64,000 bases of DNA, taken from NCBI GenBank assembly GCA_965203485.1, contig OZ241892.1:576001-640000 (forward strand). The letters are read 5' to 3'. Under the pieces are notes generated by a model that ran no database searches, had not been told where the DNA came from, and saw only the letters and a program-made list of their open reading frames with translations. The translations under genes were made by a program, and so were the position numbers. This DNA comes from Longimicrobiales bacterium. GTDB taxonomy: Bacteria; Gemmatimonadota; Gemmatimonadetes; Longimicrobiales; Gaopeijiaceae. Within the stretch, counting starts at the first letter, position 1. Each line of letters starts with the position of its first letter. Shown here one piece after another: positions 29,015 through 38,508 of this stretch.

Positions 29015-31234
29015 TCAGAGGAGATCGGCGATCGACGGGGCGGCGGAGAAGACCAGCTCGAAGCCGCCGCCGGGGATGCCCCAAGCGCAGTCGGCCCGGA
29101 CGAGGTTGCCCAGCAGGCCGAGGCCGAAGCCGGCGTAGCCCTTTGGTCCCCTGGTGGCGCGAAGGCGCCACGCCCCCTCCGCCGTCCGCCCCGGGTCGGC
29201 GCTGAACGTGGTCGGCAGGGCCGAGGCGGCGCCGGCCCCGGCGACCAGTCTTGCGGAGAGTCGCCCGGGCGCGACGGCGATCGCGGCTTCGGCCCGGGCC
29301 AGCACGTAGCGCGAGCCCGCGTAGCCGCGAAACGGGTGCCCGGGCAGACTGCCGCTCCCGCCCAGGAAGTAAAGCATGTGAGCGGGCACGGCGCCCCACG
29401 CCGCTCCGGCCCCCAGCGTCGCTCCGGCCTCGCGTTCCAGGTTGGCGCTGGAAGCTCGAAGCTCCAACTCCGCTTGCAGTTTGCTCACGCCGCGCCCCCG
29501 CCACTTGGCCGCCGTCGCCGCGGTGGCCAAGTGGGCTCCCCATCCGCTCCCGCGCCAAGCACGCTCGAATTCGGCTTCGACGCCGGCGAACATGCCCTCC
29601 TCCACGGCCCGCACCGGCCGGAACGCGCGGCCTCCCCAAGCGGCGTCGAACAGCGCCTGACCCGTTGCCCGGTGCTGCTCGCCGAACGCGGCGGCCCGCC
29701 CCACGGCGTCCGTGCCCGCGCCGAATTGGGCGCCCGCCCGCCATCCATGGGCAAACCAGGGATCGGCGTAGTCGCGCCCGAACACCGCGGCCACCGTGTT
29801 CACCAGCCCCGGCGCTCCCGGCAACGGACCCAGATCGCGAGGTTGCCGGGCGAACGCTTCGGCGCGCCACTCCGCGCCGCCCGCCGTCCACGTCCCGCGC
29901 AGTGTTGCCGAGACTCGCCGTGCCCCCCGGCCGGCCAGGCCTCCGGCGCCGCCGACCGCCTCGAGCTTCGGCCAAGCCGGAGACGGCGAGAACGACGCGC
30001 CCAGCCCCAGATGCAGTCCCTCGGCGCGGTTGGCCCGCAGCACCGACGAGAAGCGGTCCGCATGGAGCCGCAGCCTGGGCAGCCGGCCGGCCAGCCGGGT
30101 CCGCGCCGCCGCCCGGACCTCCGTCTCCAGCCGTGCCAGGCTCACGGGCGTGAGTCCCTCGCCGGCCAGCTCGTCCATGAGACCGCCGTCGAACGCGGCG
30201 GCTTGGCCTTCCTCGGGCGGCGCGAACGACACGCGCGGTCCCAAGAGGAGCTCCGGCTCCACCCGGGGCTGCAAGTCGTAGGACGCGACTTGGAGGACCG
30301 CCCGGATCACGCTGCCGAAGGGGAGGTCGAGCCCAGGCTGCTCGCGGCGCACCTCGATCCGCTGGCGGTAGGGCAGCCAGTAGCCTTCGTCCCAGAGCGC
30401 GTGCTCCAAGACGACGCGAACGTAGTCCGACCTGGGATCCACGTAGGCGGACGGAGTGAAGGTGAACTCCATTCTTGCCAGCGCGCCGGTTTCCCGTTCC
30501 ACGAACAAGCTGCCCACGAACGCCGGCCGGTCGGGGCGGCGGGGCTCCACCTGCACCTCGTAGACGCGGACGGGCGCGTCGGCGCGCGGAAGGCGCATCG
30601 TCACGGAGTCCGCCAGCCGGTACCGGTAGAGTGCGGCCGCCGAGCGGCCGAGGGGGTGCGGCACGCTTCGCACGTCGAGGCCTTGGCCGATCTCGATCTG
30701 CTCGCCGTACCCGTCCGGGACGATCGTCAGCCGGTCCAAGTAGTACTCGAAGTCGCGGACAGGGAGCAGCTCCCGGCGGCGCTGGGCGCGCACGATCTGT
30801 CGCGTGACGCCGTCGGCGCCCCTGTACACGTCCACGACCGCTTGGTCGATGCGCAAGGGCACGGGGTCGCCGCCGTCCTCTCGGTCCAGGTAGAAGTAGA
30901 CGCGGCTTTGCGCGCGGGCCAGGTAGGCGACGGGCGGTGGATCGCGCCAGAGGGCGGAAGCCCGGGCCACGACCGCCAAAACGGCCGGTTGGTCGAAGGG
31001 AGCCTGCGCGGCGGCACGTCGCGGCGAACTGCCGGCGGACGCCGGGGCGAACCCCGCGGCGGGAACGAGCCGATGTCCGCGACAGGGCGCGACGACGACA
31101 TCGGACGCGGAGGCGCGCGGAGCCGCGAGCCGCACGGGCGAACCGGCGGCGAAACTTGGCGGAGCCGTGCCGGCCGCGAGGGCGCAGAGGAAGGACAGCG
31201 CGCCGGGAAGGCTCCCCCGGCGCGGCTTGGTCAC
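29015..31234 (-). CDS. Hypothetical outer-membrane protein (N-terminal periplasmic domain plus probable beta-barrel)
   Basis: Signal-like N-terminus, [52 protein letters not shown], alternating beta strands; GTG overlaps the rpmB stop. Confidence 0.7.
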   Translation of the reverse strand: MTKPRRGSLPGALSFLCALAAGTAPPSFAAGSPVRLAAPRASASDVVVAPCRGHRLVPAAGFAPASAGSSPRRAAAQAPFDQPAVLAVVARASALWRDPPPVAYLARAQSRVYFYLDREDGGDPVPLRIDQAVVDVYRGADGVTRQIVRAQRRRELLPVRDFEYYLDRLTIVPDGYGEQIEIGQGLDVRSVPHPLGRSAAALYRYRLADSVTMRLPRADAPVRVYEVQVEPRRPDRPAFVGSLFVERETGALARMEFTFTPSAYVDPRSDYVRVVLEHALWDEGYWLPYRQRIEVRREQPGLDLPFGSVIRAVLQVASYDLQPRVEPELLLGPRVSFAPPEEGQAAAFDGGLMDELAGEGLTPVSLARLETEVRAAARTRLAGRLPRLRLHADRFSSVLRANRAEGLHLGLGASFSPSPAWPKLEAVGGAGGLAGRGARRVSATLRGTWTAGGAEWRAEAFARQPRDLGPLPGAPGLVNTVAAVFGRDYADPWFAHGWRAGAQFGAGTDAVGRAAAFGEQHRATGQALFDAAWGGRAFRPVRAVEEGMFAGVEAEFERAWRGSGWGAHLATAATAAKWRGRGVSKLQAELELRASSANLEREAGATLGAGAAWGAVPAHMLYFLGGSGSLPGHPFRGYAGSRYVLARAEAAIAVAPGRLSARLVAGAGAASALPTTFSADPGRTAEGAWRLRATRGPKGYAGFGLGLLGNLVRADCAWGIPGGGFELVFSAAPSIADLL

Positions 31235-31470
31235 ATGACGTCCTTGAGCGCCAGCCCGTTCTTCTTCAAGAAGGCCGTCAGCCCCACCTTGTCGATGGAC
31301 CGCAACGTCGAGGCGGACACCTTGACGCGGATCGACCTGCCCAGCTCGGGTACGTAGAGGCGCTTCCTCTGAAGGTTGGGCAACTGCCGCCGCTTGGTCT
31401 TGTTGTGGGCGTGCGAGACGTTGCAGCCGGTGAGCGGCCGCTTCCCCGTTACGTCGCACCTTCTGGACAT
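31231..31470 (-). CDS. rpmB: 50S ribosomal protein L28 (lacks the Zn-ribbon CxxC pairs)
   Basis: [34 protein letters not shown]...[14 protein letters not shown]. Confidence 0.97.
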   Translation of the reverse strand: MSRRCDVTGKRPLTGCNVSHAHNKTKRRQLPNLQRKRLYVPELGRSIRVKVSASTLRSIDKVGLTAFLKKNGLALKDVM

Positions 31471-31478
31471 CTCGTGAC

Positions 31479-31649
31479 CTACTTCTCTTCCCGGAAGAGG
31501 GCGTGACGGCGGATCACGGGGTCGTAGCGCTTGAGTTCCAGCCTCTTTGGCGTGTTCCGCTTGTTCTTGGTCGTGGTGAAGCGGTACGGGCTCTCCGTGC
31601 TGCACATCTTGACGGTGACGCGGGGCCCTCCCTTGCCCGACTTGGCCAC
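31479..31649 (-). CDS. rpmG: 50S ribosomal protein L33 (Zn-independent form)
   Basis: [52 protein letters not shown] upstream. Confidence 0.95.
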   Translation of the reverse strand: MAKSGKGGPRVTVKMCSTESPYRFTTTKNKRNTPKRLELKRYDPVIRRHALFREEK

Positions 31650-31727
31650 GGCTCTGCTCCTTGGATGCCGGTTGCTTCGGCGCCGCCCGTGCCGCCCCCC
31701 TTGGCGCCGGGCGACGGGGCACGGAGA

Positions 31728-31769
31728 AGAATAGCCCCGTTGACTCCGCAAGTCCAGTGCGGCTACGTT
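31728..31769. promoter_or_regulatory. Putative overlapping divergent sigma70-type promoters for rpmG-rpmB and rpmE2
   Basis: + strand TTGACT(31740)-18 nt-TACGTT(31764); - strand TGGACT(31756)-17 nt-TATTCT(31733); central inverted repeat CCGCA-N7-TGCGG (31746-31762). Confidence 0.45.
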
Positions 31770-31816
31770 TACAGGCTCGCGATTCTCCAAGCTTCCACGT
31801 TGGGCGCGCCGCAGAA

Positions 31817-32080
31817 ATGAAGAAGGGCATCCATCCCGAGTACCGGCCGGTCGTCTTCCAGGACGTCTCCACCGGATACGCTTTCCTGACCCGCTCGACC
31901 GCCGCCACGAAGCGGACCATCAAGTGGGAGGACGGCGAGGAGTACCCGCTCCTCACGCTTGAAGTGTCGTCCTCGTCGCACCCGTTCTACACGGGCACGC
32001 AGCGATTGGTGGACAGCGCCGGGCGCGTGGAGCGATTCCAGCGGCGCTACCGGGGGGACTCTGCCCCGGGGAGTTCCTAG
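31817..32080 (+). CDS. rpmE2: 50S ribosomal protein L31 type B
   Basis: [26 protein letters not shown]...WEDGEEYPL...[25 protein letters not shown]; no Cys. Confidence 0.97.
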   Translation: MKKGIHPEYRPVVFQDVSTGYAFLTRSTAATKRTIKWEDGEEYPLLTLEVSSSSHPFYTGTQRLVDSAGRVERFQRRYRGDSAPGSS

Positions 32081-32973
32081 CCGGCCGGTCCGTCGGCCCG
32101 TCCCGGCGGGGGCATCCCGGCGAGGCAAGGCGGGGAGGCGCCTTCCTCCACTTCGGCGTAGGCGTCGTGCTCGTGGATCGACTCGAAGTTGACCACGTGC
32201 ACGCGAAACCACGACACCTGGGCGAGGCCGCGCAACCGGATCGTGGCCTCCCTCACCAAGTCCTCGACGAAGCGCGGGTTGTCGTAGGCGCGCTCCGTCA
32301 CCCACTTCTCGTCCGTCCGCTTGAGGACGGGATAGAGCCCGCACGACGCCGACTCCTCCACTAGGCCCACGATCTCCTCTATCCACAGTTCGCCGCCGAA
32401 CCGCGCATGCACCGTGACCAGGCTCCGCTGGTTGTGAGCGCCGCGGGCGCTGATCTCGCGCGAGCACGGGCAGAGCGTGGTGACCGGAGTCTTGACGGCC
32501 AGCACGAAGTCGTTCGCGGCTCCAGCGGTCGCGTCGAAGGCGCAGTCGTACGACAGCCGGCCCTCCGCGCCCGTGACCGGCGCCTTCTTGGCGATGAAGT
32601 AGGGGAACGAGACGCGCATGTGCGCCGTCTCCGCGCCCAGCCGCTCCCGCATCCGGCGCAAGATGGCCGGAAGCGCCTCGGCGGATATCTCGCCGTCGTA
32701 GGCGTTCAGGATCTCCAGGAAGCGGCTCATGTGCGTTCCCTTGAACTGGTGGGGGAGAGCCACCGACATGTCGATGCTGGCGACGGTGTGCTGGACGGAC
32801 CCGCCGCGTTCGCGCACAACGATGGGGTAGCGGATGTTCTTCACGCCCACCTTTGCAATCGGCACCCTGCGCCCGTCCGGGTTCGCCTGGACGTCGGCGA
32901 GCGGGGCCGGGGCGGTGCGCACGCCGGTTGGGCTCGGCGCACCGGCGGACTTCGCCGCCGGCGGAGAACTCAC
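32077..32973 (-). CDS. folE2: GTP cyclohydrolase I type B (FolE2)
   Basis: [77 protein letters not shown]. Confidence 0.97.
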   Translation of the reverse strand: MSSPPAAKSAGAPSPTGVRTAPAPLADVQANPDGRRVPIAKVGVKNIRYPIVVRERGGSVQHTVASIDMSVALPHQFKGTHMSRFLEILNAYDGEISAEALPAILRRMRERLGAETAHMRVSFPYFIAKKAPVTGAEGRLSYDCAFDATAGAANDFVLAVKTPVTTLCPCSREISARGAHNQRSLVTVHARFGGELWIEEIVGLVEESASCGLYPVLKRTDEKWVTERAYDNPRFVEDLVREATIRLRGLAQVSWFRVHVVNFESIHEHDAYAEVEEGASPPCLAGMPPPGRADGPAG

Positions 32974-33320
32974 CGAGAGGCCTCTTCCTCTTCCATGCGG
33001 CGGGCGTCGATGCGCTTCATCTTCTCCGCCACCGCGCCGGCCAAGTCGATGCCGCGGCTGTTGGCGAAGTTGAGCAGCGCGATGCACACGTCCGCCGATT
33101 CGTCGGCGAAGTCCTCGGCCCGTACCGGGCGTCCCTTCCAAGCCTTCTTCTCGAGGTTGGCGAGCTCGCCGGTCTCGCCCGCGAGCTCCAGCGCGAAGAA
33201 CCGGGGCGGGCGGGGCGGGAACGCGGCGTGCTGGTAGCGGCGGAACTCCTCCTGAAGCGCGCGGAGGCCGGCGTAGCCCGAGGGAAGCGCGTCGGAGGGG
33301 GGCGGCGAGGGAGTGGTCAT
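32970..33320 (-). CDS. MazG-like NTP pyrophosphohydrolase
   Basis: LAGETGELAN..KK...ADESADV...LLNFAN..GIDL..AVAEKM (ExxE...ExxD); stop overlaps the folE2 start. Confidence 0.8.
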   Translation of the reverse strand: MTTPSPPPSDALPSGYAGLRALQEEFRRYQHAAFPPRPPRFFALELAGETGELANLEKKAWKGRPVRAEDFADESADVCIALLNFANSRGIDLAGAVAEKMKRIDARRMEEEEASR

Positions 33321-33456
33321 TGGTGGATCGCGAAGCGGATGGGCCGCGCGGGATCCGCGTCCGAAGGGCGGACGCCCGGGCGCGGAAGCGAGAAGGGTGC
33401 GCTCGGCGTGGCCGGCCACCGTGCGAAAACGTAACGGCGAGGCGAATTTGACGGAC

Positions 33457-34554
33457 ATGAGGACTGTCATGGCAACGCGTGGCGGCGGCGCCGGTGGACG
33501 GGCCGCCGGCGCGGCCGGCCCGCGAAAGGCGACGGGCTCGGCGAGCGTGGGGTCGGCCGCGGATGCGACCGCGGCCGCGAACGCCGACTTGGCGCGTCTC
33601 TTGCGGACGACCAGCCGGACGTTCGCGCTGGGGATCGAACTGCTGGGCCGTCCGTTGCGCGACCAGGTGCGGGTTGCGTACCTGGCGCTCCGCGTGGCCG
33701 ACTATCTGGAGGACAACCGCGTGATGAGCCCCCGGGAGAAGGCGTGCCTTCTGGCGCTGTGGCGCGACGTGCTGTTGCGGCGGGCGTCGGCCGCGGCCTT
33801 CGTGGACGCGCTGGGCGGAGAGGCCGGAAGGGACGCGATTCCCGACGCGGAGGCGGCGTATGCGGCCCCCGCCGTCGCGCGCGGGCTGGACGGCTTGGCC
33901 GAGGACGCCAGGACCGTGATCGCCGAACACGCGGCCCGCTCGTGCATGGGCATGGGCCGCTGGGCCGAACGCGGGCCGCGGTTCGGCGACGAAGCCGACT
34001 TGGACGACTACATGCACGAAGTGGCGGGGCGCGTCGGCCATCTCCTCACGGACCTGTTCGCCCTGGGGTCGCCGAAGGTGAGCCGGCGCCGGGACCGCAT
34101 GATGGAGCCCGCGCGCCAGTTCGGCTTGGCGCTTCAGACGGTCAACGTGATTCGCGGGTTGCCTCAGGACAGGAAGCGTGGGTGGGTGTTCGTGCCCCGG
34201 TCGCTTCTCCCGCCCGGCACGGATCCGCTCCAGCTCTTCGACGTGGAGCGCCGGGCCACGGCGATGGCGGCCGTCGGCAAGCTGGCGGCGAAGGCGGACC
34301 GCCACTTCGAGGGCGCCTTGGCATACGTGCGAATGCTGCCGCGAGGCTTGGCGCGCGTGCGCCTGTTCTGCCTCTTGCCGCTCTTCTTCGGCGTCCGCAC
34401 CCTGGCGGTGAGCCGGGCCGACCCGCGCGTGCTGGAGGGCGAGGTCAAGATCGGCCGGCGCGAGGTTCGCGCCATTCAGCGGCGGGCGATGCTCTTTGGG
34501 GCGTCCAACGCTTGGGTGCGGTGGTATTGCCGCCGCCTGGAGACGGCGCCGTGA
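33457..34554 (+). CDS. Squalene/phytoene synthase family protein (squalene-synthase-like)
   Basis: TSRTFALGI, YLALRVADYLED, YMHEVAGRVG, FGLALQTVNVIR, FCLLPL. Confidence 0.88.
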   Translation: MRTVMATRGGGAGGRAAGAAGPRKATGSASVGSAADATAAANADLARLLRTTSRTFALGIELLGRPLRDQVRVAYLALRVADYLEDNRVMSPREKACLLALWRDVLLRRASAAAFVDALGGEAGRDAIPDAEAAYAAPAVARGLDGLAEDARTVIAEHAARSCMGMGRWAERGPRFGDEADLDDYMHEVAGRVGHLLTDLFALGSPKVSRRRDRMMEPARQFGLALQTVNVIRGLPQDRKRGWVFVPRSLLPPGTDPLQLFDVERRATAMAAVGKLAAKADRHFEGALAYVRMLPRGLARVRLFCLLPLFFGVRTLAVSRADPRVLEGEVKIGRREVRAIQRRAMLFGASNAWVRWYCRRLETAP

Positions 34555-35138
34555 CGCGGCGCGGCCGGGCAGATGGGGGGTGCGCGCGCGAGGGGACGGG
34601 CAGGGCAGCGGGGCCTGTCCGCGTGGGCGTGCTGGTCGCGTCGGACCGCGTTTCGCGGGGCGAGCGCGAAGACCGGGGCGGACCGGCCGTCCTCGCCTAC
34701 CTCGACGCCGCGCTGGCGGGTTCGTGGGAAGCCGAGACGCGGGTCGTCCCCGACGAGGAACAGATCGTGCGGGCGACGCTCGTCGAGTTCGTCGACGATC
34801 TGAGGTGCTGCTTGGTGATCACGACCGGGGGCACCGGCCCGGCGCCGCGCGACGTCACGCCGGAGGCCACCCTGGCCGTGGTGGACAGGGAACTCCCGGG
34901 CTTCGGCGAGGCGATGCGCGCGGCTTCGCTTCCCGGCGTGCCGACCGCCGTCCTGTCGCGGCAAACTGCCGGGACCCGCGGCTCGGCGCTTATCGTCAAC
35001 GTGCCGGGGTCCCCTGGGGCCGTGGCGGAATGCTTGGACGCTGTGTTCGCCGCCGTCCCGGACTGCGTCGATCTCCTAGGTGGACCGAGGCTGGAAACGA
35101 ACCCGGCTCGGGTGCGCGCCTACCGCCCACACGGCTGA
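34551..35138 (+). CDS. mog: Molybdopterin adenylyltransferase
   Basis: [64 protein letters not shown]. Confidence 0.93.
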   Translation: MTRRGRADGGCAREGTGRAAGPVRVGVLVASDRVSRGEREDRGGPAVLAYLDAALAGSWEAETRVVPDEEQIVRATLVEFVDDLRCCLVITTGGTGPAPRDVTPEATLAVVDRELPGFGEAMRAASLPGVPTAVLSRQTAGTRGSALIVNVPGSPGAVAECLDAVFAAVPDCVDLLGGPRLETNPARVRAYRPHG

Positions 35139-35235
35139 ACGCCGAGGATTGACTTTCGGACGTGCCCCCGCGAACATTGCGGACTGGCTAGTGTTGCGAC
35201 GCGCCCCGGCGGGCGCCCCATCGCGAGGGACGTGG

Positions 35236-35541
35236 ATGGCAAAGAAGGGCAAGCTGGAAAAGAACGACCGGCGGCAACGCTTGGTCGGCAAGCATGCCGG
35301 ACGGCGCGCGGAGCTGAGAACGGTGGTGCGGGACCCGGAGGCCACGCCCGACGAGAAGCGCCAGGCGATGGCCGCGTTGCAGTCGCTTCCCCGCGACTCC
35401 GCCGCCGTGCGCTATCGCAACCGATGCCAGATGTCGGGTCGGCCCCGGGGCTTCATCCGCAAGTTCGGCCTCTCGCGGATCGCCTTCCGCGACATGTCTC
35501 TCCACGGGCTGATTCCCGGCGTCCGCAAGTCTTCCTGGTAG
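35236..35541 (+). CDS. rpsN: 30S ribosomal protein S14, long Zn-independent form (101 aa)
   Basis: [10 protein letters not shown]...[36 protein letters not shown]......IPGVRKSSW; outside the spc operon. Confidence 0.97.
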   Translation: MAKKGKLEKNDRRQRLVGKHAGRRAELRTVVRDPEATPDEKRQAMAALQSLPRDSAAVRYRNRCQMSGRPRGFIRKFGLSRIAFRDMSLHGLIPGVRKSSW

Positions 35542-37019
35542 GACGGGAGGGCCGCGCCGGCCGGTGCGCCCAGCGTGTCGATTCCGGTAGGCACGGTGTC
35601 CTTGGCGGCTTGGTCGGCAGCCTTCTTCGCGGCTTCCTCCTCTGCCTTCTCGGCGGCCCGCGCGGCCGCGGCCGAGTCGAGCGCGCCCCAGCGTTGCGAC
35701 GCAGGAACGACGCGTCCCGCCACCCGCATGAGCGGGTCGCTGTAGGGGTCTCCGGCGGGCGCGAGCGCGTCCTCCGTGTACCGGCTGCTGGGGTTCCAGA
35801 GAATCCACTCGCGGATGCCGGCGTCGTACGTCGCCTGTATCTGCGCGCGGACTTCCGGGGCGCCGTAGCGGGGCTTGCCCAGCGTGAAGTCCTGCAACCA
35901 GGGCCGGGTCGAGCCCGCTCCGTGGACCGCGCCGGAGCGCTTCAGCGCCTCCGCCAGCGCCGCGTGAACGATTTCGTAGGGATGCCCGTTGGGGTCGTCG
36001 AACCCGAAGCTTCCGGGCCAGTAGTGGCTCGGATACACCATCGGCAACGCCACGTCCACCACGTCGATGAACGACTCCCACACCTGGCCGATGCCCACGT
36101 CGCGATACGCCGAAGTCGTCACCCCGAAGACGTCCGCCGTCATCTGCACGTCGAGATCGGACAGCGCGTCGCGGCTGTGCGCCAGGAACGCCCGAATCGC
36201 CTGGGCCTTCGTTCCATTCCGGCCCGGAAAGCGCGCCCGCTCCAGCGCCGACCGCGGCGCGTCCGGAAAGCGCACGTAGTCCCACTGGATCTCCGGAAAG
36301 CCCATCTCGGCCACTTCCCGCGCCAGGGCCACGTGGTAGTTCCACACCTCGCGGCTGTACGCGTTCAGCCAGACCACGCCCTTGTCGTCCGTCCACACGC
36401 CCCCGCTCGAGTCCTGCACGGCCAAGTCGGGCCTGGCGGCGGCCAGCAACGGGTCCTTGACGACCACGATTCGGGCCACGGGGTAGACGCCCGCCTCCGC
36501 GAGCCGCGCCAGCAGGCCCGGCATGTCGCCGATGCGACGCTGCCCCGTTGCGCCGGCCGCCACCACCTCCGGCACCCGCGACCGGTGGCTCACGTACCCC
36601 GTGGCGTCCTTCACGTCGACGACGAACGTGTTGATCTCGGTGCTGTCCGCCAGCGCAAGAAGGGCGGCCATCCGTCGTCGCGAGCCCGCAGACCACGCGT
36701 TCACGTAGATGCCCCGGACGTGCTCCGGGCGCCGGAACGCGGGACGCTCCGGCTTCTGCGGAGCTGCCGGAACCGAGACCTCGCTCCTGGCGGCCTGCTG
36801 CAGCGCGACGACCGGATCGCCGCCCGGCGAAGCTGGCGCCAAGGCGCCGCCGGGGACGAAGAGAAGAACCGCGACGGCGACGGCGAGCAACGCAAGCATT
36901 CTCAAAGCTAATCGCGCGATCCCGGTTTCGCGTTGCCGCGCGCCGGACGGTCGCCGCTTCCCAGACCATGGCCGGCGCTGGGCCGGGCGGCCCCCGGTGC
37001 GGTTGCGCGACGGCGGCAT
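35412..37019 (-). CDS. Putative glycoside hydrolase (DUF4015-like)
   Basis: [71 protein letters not shown]; start 37019 or 36899; 3' end overlaps rpsN antisense. Confidence 0.85.
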   Translation of the reverse strand: MPPSRNRTGGRPAQRRPWSGKRRPSGARQRETGIARLALRMLALLAVAVAVLLFVPGGALAPASPGGDPVVALQQAARSEVSVPAAPQKPERPAFRRPEHVRGIYVNAWSAGSRRRMAALLALADSTEINTFVVDVKDATGYVSHRSRVPEVVAAGATGQRRIGDMPGLLARLAEAGVYPVARIVVVKDPLLAAARPDLAVQDSSGGVWTDDKGVVWLNAYSREVWNYHVALAREVAEMGFPEIQWDYVRFPDAPRSALERARFPGRNGTKAQAIRAFLAHSRDALSDLDVQMTADVFGVTTSAYRDVGIGQVWESFIDVVDVALPMVYPSHYWPGSFGFDDPNGHPYEIVHAALAEALKRSGAVHGAGSTRPWLQDFTLGKPRYGAPEVRAQIQATYDAGIREWILWNPSSRYTEDALAPAGDPYSDPLMRVAGRVVPASQRWGALDSAAAARAAEKAEEEAAKKAADQAAKDTVPTGIDTLGAPAGAALPSYQEDLRTPGISPWRDMSRKAIRERPNLRMKPRGRPDIWHRLR

Positions 37020-37128
37020 CGCCGCTCCGGCTTGGGGTCGGAAACCCCGGTTCTCTTCGGCAGGGCTATCTTGGGACGCGCGGTGGACGCCGGAGTTGCA
37101 TCGGTCCGCTAGGGCGTCCCGCGATCGA

Positions 37129-37201
37129 GGGGCCATAGCTCAGCTGGGAGAGCGCTGGCTTTGCAAGCCAGAGGTCACCGGTTCGATCCCGGTTGGCTCC
37201 A
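37129..37201 (+). tRNA. tRNA-Ala (anticodon TGC)
   Basis: GGGGCCA acceptor stem with G3:U70, D-arm AGCTCAGCTGGGAGAGC, anticodon arm CTGGC-TTTGCAA-GCCAG, T-loop GGTTCGATCC; CCA not encoded. Confidence 0.98.
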
Positions 37202-37312
37202 TTCCGCTCGGCGCCCCACGTCCGGTGCGCGACTTTTCCGCCCCTCGGGCGCGGTCCGCGTCCGCGAAGAAGGCTCGCTTCAGGGCGGAACGCGTGGCTT
37301 GCGCGGGTCTCG

Positions 37313-37969
37313 CTACCGGATCTCGACGTACCTGGCCAGCCGCTCCAGCTCGTCGTCGTCCACGTACTTGCCGATTTCGCGGCGAAACTGCGCCATGGCG
37401 CGGTAGGGGCGGTACTCCTCGAACTCGTGAAGCATGCGGGGGCCGACGCCGGGAATGCTCAGGATGGCCTCCTCGGAGGCCGTGTTGAGGTCGATGCGGA
37501 CGTACACGTACTGCGCCAGCCGCTCCAGCTCGTCGTCGTCCACGTACTTGCCGATTTCGCGATGGAACTGGGCGAGGGCGCGGTAGGGGCGGTACTCCTC
37601 GAACTCGTGAAGCATGCGGGGGCCGACGCCGGGAATCATGAGGATTTCCGCCTCCGTGGCGTCGTTGAGGTCGATGGGCACCCACACGGCCCGGTAGACG
37701 GCGTCGAAGTCGTCTTCGGACAAGTGGGCGGCGACGACCTCGTGGAGCGCGGAGACGCGCAGGAATGGCCTCGCCTCGACGATGGCCCCGGCCACGGCCG
37801 CGCCCAGGCCCGGGATGGCCGCAAGTTGCTCGGCGGTTGCGAGGTTGGCGTTCAGGATGCCTTGGCTCTCTCCGACTTGCGCGGTCGCCGGGGTCGGCGC
37901 CGACGCGGCGATGCACGCGGCTGCCAGGGCCCACGGGCCGGAACGGGTGGTTGCTTTGGCTGCTCTCAT
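37313..37969 (-). CDS. Secreted helix-hairpin-helix (ComEA-like) repeat protein
   Basis: Signal peptide ending ATA-Q; three HhH-like units (N.A....L.IPG.G), the last two nearly identical. Confidence 0.85.
   Translation of the reverse strand: MRAAKATTRSGPWALAAACIAASAPTPATAQVGESQGILNANLATAEQLAAIPGLGAAVAGAIVEARPFLRVSALHEVVAAHLSEDDFDAVYRAVWVPIDLNDATEAEILMIPGVGPRMLHEFEEYRPYRALAQFHREIGKYVDDDELERLAQYVYVRIDLNTASEEAILSIPGVGPRMLHEFEEYRPYRAMAQFRREIGKYVDDDELERLARYVEIR
37327..37676. repeat. 180-bp-period intragenic direct repeat (2 copies)
   Basis: 37335-37381 equals 37515-37561 and 37397-37456 equals 37577-37636 at nucleotide level. Confidence 0.92.
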
Positions 37970-38007
37970 ATCGGGATCCTTTATTGTGTCGTGATGAGCG
38001 GGTCGAG

Positions 38008-38508
38008 CTAGGCGGTCGTCGCGCCGGGCCGGTGCGCAGGACGGCGCGCGGACAGGACGGGGTGCCGCCAGCAGGCCAGCAGGCCCAGCAACCCCAGCTG
38101 AAGCATCGCCAGGGGCGCCAGCGCGGGCAATGCCCCCCGCAGGCTGGCGGCGACGAGGTCCAGGCTGGCGAGCGACGGATCGGCGGCGCCCGCGGGCAGC
38201 GTCTCCGTCAGCATCTCCGCTTCGAACTCGAAGTTGGAGCGCAGGTGGAAGTAGACGCCCAAGACGCCCGAAGCCGCGAAGGCCGTCATCAATCCCCGCA
38301 GCAGGCGCAGCGAAGCGAGGCTTGGCCGAACGCCGGTCCACACGCACGCGACCGTGCCCGCGCCCAGCGCCAGCAACGGGATGCGCTGCGACCAGTCCTC
38401 GTAGTGGCCCAGCAGCCCGAGTTCCGCCGCGACCCCGGCGGAGCCCGCGACGACGAGGGCGAGCACGATCCTCCGCCACGGCTCCACGGCGGCGCCCTTG
38501 TGAGTCAT
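38008..38508 (-). CDS. Hypothetical membrane protein (about 4 TM) in the cytochrome operon
   Basis: Hydrophobic segments with LLGHYE and GVYFH; ATG overlaps the upstream stop (ATGA). Confidence 0.75.
   Translation of the reverse strand: MTHKGAAVEPWRRIVLALVVAGSAGVAAELGLLGHYEDWSQRIPLLALGAGTVACVWTGVRPSLASLRLLRGLMTAFAASGVLGVYFHLRSNFEFEAEMLTETLPAGAADPSLASLDLVAASLRGALPALAPLAMLQLGLLGLLACWRHPVLSARRPAHRPGATTA

Noticed and set aside
37327..37676. Repeats as a CRISPR array or DGR template/variable pair
   Set aside because: Only two in-frame coding copies, no spacers, no cas or reverse transcriptase gene, and differences are not adenine-specific
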